From the NCBI RefSeq assembly GCF_000150275.1, contig NW_002060943.1, forward strand, positions 7,758,066-7,822,065: a stretch of DNA of 64,000 nucleotides. Direction: 5' to 3'. A program made the translations under genes and the position numbers. This DNA comes from Trichoplax adhaerens (lineage: Eukaryota > Animalia > Placozoa). Under the pieces are notes generated by a model. It saw nothing but the letters and a program-made list of their open reading frames with translations, searched no databases and was not told the origin of the DNA. Positions 58,935 through 64,000 of the stretch are shown here, piece by piece; position 1 is the stretch's first letter; each line of letters starts with the position of its first letter.

Positions 58935-59490
58935 CTGTACTACTTGGATTGGACACTGAGTGGACACTCTCCTCGGACGGACAGACTTTTTACTTCAGGT
59001 GGCCGAAAATGTCCAAAAATAGCTACTCAGTAAGGATCTTCTGAATCTGTTTTCTAAATGGTATTAATTTAAATAACACTAGTGCAAACTCCCGTCGCTT
59101 TGCTGACTGTTTACGATAATGTGCTCATTTAACAGATAGTATTACCATTTGTCGTAGACCTGTCAGAGGTTCAGTAACTTTATACCGTGTACTTTAGAAA
59201 AAATCAGTCAATTCAGAATCGACTATCTCCATACTATTTAAAGTACAGTACTGCACTGTCATAATGAGGTGTTTGACACAATTTGTTGACGAAATTAGGC
59301 CAAATGTTTGTCCGTCCAGACTGTCCGGTCCGGTTTAGTCAATGTACTGTACATTGTATTGTGCAAAACTAACCTGGCAGCTAACATAATTTGCAGCATG
59401 GTCGCGTATCTCGATGCTTTCTCTTTTTTCGAGTAGTACTTGGTACTGTTTTACTCCACTAATACTGTACTGCACTTTATTTTTAGAATA

Positions 59491-59554
59491 CAGTGGCCCA
59501 AAAGGGACAACTTTACAGAACAGAATCTGTACAGTTGTCCCTTTTGAGCCACAA
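59491..59554. mobile_element. 64-bp hairpin MITE, Tc1/mariner-like
   Basis: TA|CAGTGGCCCAAAAGGGACAACTTTACAGA-acagaa-TCTGTACAGTTGTCCCTTTTGAGCCACAA|TA. The inner 27-bp arms match 25/27; CAGTG terminus; TA flanks. Confidence 0.65.
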
Positions 59555-59950
59555 TATCAGAGGCTTGACTGTAACGGTACAGTACAGTAGATAGGGGGAG
59601 TACAGTATACTGTACAGTAGTACTGTACAGTACAGTTCAGCTATTTCAGTTGACCTCCACCAAATTCGGGGTCAGCAGGTTAATCAATATATAATTAATT
59701 ATTAATAATTAATTAATATAGAGATATATATAATTAATTAATAAACGCTCACTTGGGTTAAAATATTGCTTTGCAAAGTTGAGCAGTCTTTTATTCTTTC
59801 TGAAACCAATCCATATTCTTTTTTTCGTAGCAGAACGCGTATTACTGTATTACGTTGGAGGTGCAAACAACAACGGTTCAGTTGATAAATTAACAGTTAA
59901 ATAAAAAAGAAATAAGTTCAAATTACTAACTACTCGTATAAATTAATAAC

Positions 59951-60430
59951 ATGGTTATCGCAGTCGGAGATAAGATACCATCGTACCGATTACAGCAAGG
60001 CAGTCCTGGCAATAATGTCGACATCGCTGAACTTGTTGCCAACAAGAAAGCAATCATATTTGGTGTTCCTGGAGCCTTCACTCCTGGCTGCCACAGATCG
60101 CACTTACCTGGTTATGTAGCTGATTACGATAAGATCGTGGCGAAAGGTGTCGATATTATCATTTGCGTATCTGTTAATGATGCTTTCGTCGTTGATGCTT
60201 GGGGAAAAAGTGTCGGAGCAGAGAACAAAGTAGTCATGCTAGCTGATCCAGTCGCTGCATTTACCAAGGCTATTGGAATGGATCTTGATGCTACACCAAT
60301 TTTAGGAAATATCCGTTCTAAGCGCTATTCCATGATTCTGTCCGACGGTGTACTTACAAACTTAAATGTCGAACCGGATGGTACTGGACTTACTTGTAGT
60401 TTATCCAACAGTATATTAAGTCAGCTTTAA
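59951..60430 (+). CDS. PRDX5: Peroxiredoxin-5 (atypical 2-Cys), intronless CDS, 159 aa
   Basis: FGVPGAFTPGC (peroxidatic Cys), CVSVNDAFV, NVEPDGTGLTCSL (resolving Cys), C-terminal SQL PTS1. Confidence 0.97.
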   Translation: MVIAVGDKIPSYRLQQGSPGNNVDIAELVANKKAIIFGVPGAFTPGCHRSHLPGYVADYDKIVAKGVDIIICVSVNDAFVVDAWGKSVGAENKVVMLADPVAAFTKAIGMDLDATPILGNIRSKRYSMILSDGVLTNLNVEPDGTGLTCSLSNSILSQL

Positions 60431-61654
60431 CAGTGGTAGTGAAGTCAGTGCTGCTATCGATTGTACGTATACTGCACTGTAGCTCAGTAGAATAGGCTAG
60501 CAAAATTCTGCTTTTGTACCGTGTCAAAGTTCCATTGTGATCAGTGTATAAGTTCGATGACAGCTGAATAGAATCTGCTCTGTTTTCGTTAATTGAAGAC
60601 AGAAGGAGTCTGTTGGTGCGAGTGAAAAGCCTTTATCAGTCTCTGAGTGTCATTTTTTGAATAGGTGTGTTTGCTGACAGCTACTTGCCGATGTCTCTTA
60701 ACTGCAATGAATCATCGTAGTTCTCTAATTTGTGTACGTTTCTGTTCAGCTTCAGCATTGACTGAAAGTACAGCATTGCAAGTACTGTACTCTTTTTACA
60801 TTGTTCATGTTGAGGAATTATTATAAATTGCGGACTATAATGCATCAAAATAAAAAATTAAAAAGTGAAACATTGAATCCAGATTACTGAGCATTTAATT
60901 GAAAATCTTTTAGCCAGCAATTTTAGATCAGCAGATCGGATCATATTACCGATCAAATTTATAAGTTGATAACAAATTATATACTGTAACATAGATTGCT
61001 ATACTGTATACTGTTCAGTACAGTAGAAGTAATTAAATCATCGTTAAACAGTCATCAACTCCTAATACACGCTATGCATCCTTGCCGTACAGTCTACAGT
61101 ACTGTACAGTACTGTACTATGCTGTACCAGGCTGGACTGAACACTTGACTAGGACGGTCGGACATTGGGCCACAGTCATACCGTCTAATACTGTACTGTT
61201 CCAAACACCTCTATTTTGTCATATTGTATTGTATATATTGTAATGTTAGTTAAGAGGATGCTACGTTCTGTAATTTGCTTATTTTTCTAAATGAAGTAAT
61301 ACTTCATTGAAATCGATTTTATGTTACTAAATTCTACTTGAAAGCGATTATATAACATAATTATAGTTCTTGAATTAGCAAAAGTGATCAAGAAAAATAG
61401 ACTCAAAAGATCCATACAGTAACTAATTTTTCGAGATTTTAGCCTCATTTGCTATAAAGCTCTGTCCGTCCGAGGGTGCCTTGTCCGTTCTGTCCGGTGT
61501 CCGTAGTCTGGATCATTTGCTGCAGCGCACTGTAGTCTCTGATGAGATGGTAGGTACGATTACACCTGATCCGGTAATTACACTTTACAAAAAAAAAAGA
61601 TCTACAATTCAAGATTGAAATCTGCTCGATGAAAGATCTCAAAAGATAGATAGG

Positions 61655-63713
61655 ATGCTCCTTACTCTATCAGATCAGCACAAGGATGACCTTCAGTATT
61701 TAACGACCGTTGACGTAGAAGGTTAGTACAAACCACATGAAAATTTCAATGCTATGTACTGTATCTTAGTACTACAAGCTTGAGTTAATAGTGTCAATCT
61801 TATTAACATGTTCTCCATGATAACCCGTAGTTAGTTATTACATCAATAATTATAATTAATATAGTATAATAGCTGACCGGTTAATGCAGTCTCCATACGT
61901 TATTGCTTATGAAGATTGCTAGCAACTGTAAATAGCTTACAACTATCGAACGCAATGGCATTTGTAGCCATTTCGTAGTGTCTTAGCTATTTAAGAATCC
62001 ACTCGTATATACTGTAGAACACTTAAATTGATCCAATCAATAATAGACGTTGTGTGACAAAATAACTATATTGCGATACCAATCAAATCAGTCGACAAGC
62101 GTAATTCGTCCAATAATTATAGGCTACTCTAGTATATACAGTACATTGACAAATTAGTTAAATAAGATTTATTATACTGTATGTAACTGCAAGTATATGG
62201 AGATAGAATAATCACCCCTAAAATCTACTGTACCGTATTCGTTTAAGGTCTAGCACTTTGGAAGAAAGATGCTATTCTAATGGATAGCATTTTGTAAACT
62301 TGCATGAATGTCTTATCAGAAGATATGTTAATAAACTAATTATATAAAATCCTTCATCTTTAAAATATATTAATCATTCGAATCGCTGTTCATAAACCAA
62401 AAGTTTTTGAAGAATTCTGTCAAATTGCCTGTGCTACTGTACAAAATGGTCTAAACCCTAAAGTTTACCAAACTGCAGCCCGTGAGTAAAGACTGTCAAG
62501 TTATAAATTTGCATAGGTGTAATAAATGTATGAGCTCATATCGAATTCACGTATCCAAAATTGTAGTACACTATTTGTGGGAAGTTCTGTATTTGTATGC
62601 TAGCAGCTGCAAATCAACAACATGTTGACTGCGTTTGATACAAATTGTTTTCCTTTCAGAAAAATTAAATGTCCCCTCAAATACGATCAAAAATAGCGTT
62701 GGTGGACTTGTACATTTATTATTAGAGAGTGCAAAACTCGCGGTGAGTAGTTGACAAACCCAATTTATGTTGATGTCGTCTTTATCAATTGGGCCGTGCA
62801 TATCTAGGCCTTTCATCTTATATGCGACGTTACCCTTTAAATTAATTAACAATTTAGCAATTGAAACGTTGTAATACCAGCTTGAACTATATTAGTTTAC
62901 GATACGATAGCAGGGAATTTGAAACCTTAAATATCTCACTTAAATACAATATATCCGCTCGCATGACTGCAGAAAATTAATAATTTTAGGCAGTTGATTC
63001 ACATAAATGATAATTTTTTGTTTGCTAGTTAAATGAGATCGATTTTCAGGATTCTGTCTTAACGCTAGGATTTAGTGAGGAGGCGAAAGAAACGTTACTG
63101 AAGGTATAGTAATAAAATCATATTCTTCTAAACAGTTCCAGCGATTCATACACTACCGTATTTATTAATGAGATACGAGTATATGCTAGCATTACTGAGT
63201 ATTTCATAATATAAAAATATTTTGATTAATTGTATTGAAAACTGCAGGCGTATAAGCAAACATTGGATGAGGTCAGGAAAAATCTATCGAACGTTTCGCT
63301 GTCTTTACCTCATTATCGAAACTTGGAATGGCGATTTGATGTGCAGGTTGACTAATATAATCAGTTGATTGCTATAAATTTATACTGTAGTAACTAGCGT
63401 TTAATATACATATTATAATCTACAAAATATTTTTCCAGGTCGCTAGCCGAGCCTTAAGGCAACAGGTCGAACCGCGCATAGTTTTCAAGTTAAATGTAGT
63501 AGAAAATGGTAAGATAGCGCTCCTTGTTTTCGTAAAAATATCAACGTATTGTTTGCCGTTAAATGCTTGCTTTTATGTTATGCAATAGATACCGTAACTA
63601 GCGAATTGTTACAAACTGACATCAATAATCTCGCGCACATGGTTTCGAAATTGGAAGCTGCACTTGCAGAGATGAAAACTAATCACTGCCGTCGAATTCT
63701 ACGTAACATCTAA
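61655..63713 (+). CDS. COMMD2: COMM domain-containing protein 2, 7 exons
   Basis: MLLTLSDQHKDDLQYL..NPKVYQTAA.KLNV..EIDFQDSVLTLGFSEE..LPHYRNLEWRFDVQVASRALRQ..LEAALAEMKTNHCRRILRNI*. Confidence 0.95.
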
Positions 63714-64000
63714 TGTATCTCTTTCCTTCTGTACGAATATTTCTAAATGAATACAAGCAATGTATTAGAATTTATACATAGTTTTTAAAAATATTTCACA
63801 AAAGCCGTGGTTAAGTTTGATGGTATGGTTGTGATCAAAGTCAAAACTACTGAATATTCAAATGTATATCATAGTGCCCTGTAATTCCAAATATAAATCA
63901 TACTTTGAACTGCCAGATTACTTATTGTAGCACTACTCATGTAATTGTGTCTATTGTAGGTCTAAAATAATTATATTTTTATCCTTTATGTACAGTAATT

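Noticed and set aside
59686-59745. AT-only quasi-palindromic tract upstream of PRDX5
   Set aside because: Low complexity; symmetry is expected by chance.

Overview
Eukaryotic, AT-rich, gene-dense animal DNA with many short (~70-120 nt) spliceosomal introns. The composition and compactness suggest a non-bilaterian such as a placozoan (Trichoplax-like); this is an inference, not a database result. I assembled 14 protein-coding genes by hand from splice sites: the 3' part of an ABCC/MRP transporter (+), YAP/Yorkie with one WW domain (+), LIPT2 (-), ZNHIT1 (-), a UDP-glycosyltransferase (+), INTS4 (-), BRCC36 (+), CFAP300 (-), CFAP410 (+), CEP63/DEUP1 (-), an uncharacterised multi-exon gene (+), TCTP (-), PRDX5 (+) and COMMD2 (+). 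Highlights: (1) YAP sits near both CFAP300 and COMMD2, which are the immediate neighbours of human YAP1 and WWTR1/TAZ respectively; (2) five consecutive head-to-head gene pairs; (3) recurring promoter-proximal motifs: CAGTA/TACTG pentamer arrays, GGAC repeats, and tiny TAGAGACCC..GGGTCTCTA palindromes, one with a perfect 8-bp target-site duplication; (4) two U12 introns and one GC-AG intron; (5) a TCTP last exon whose only coding content is the stop codon. I found no tRNA, rRNA, CRISPR array or autonomous transposon.
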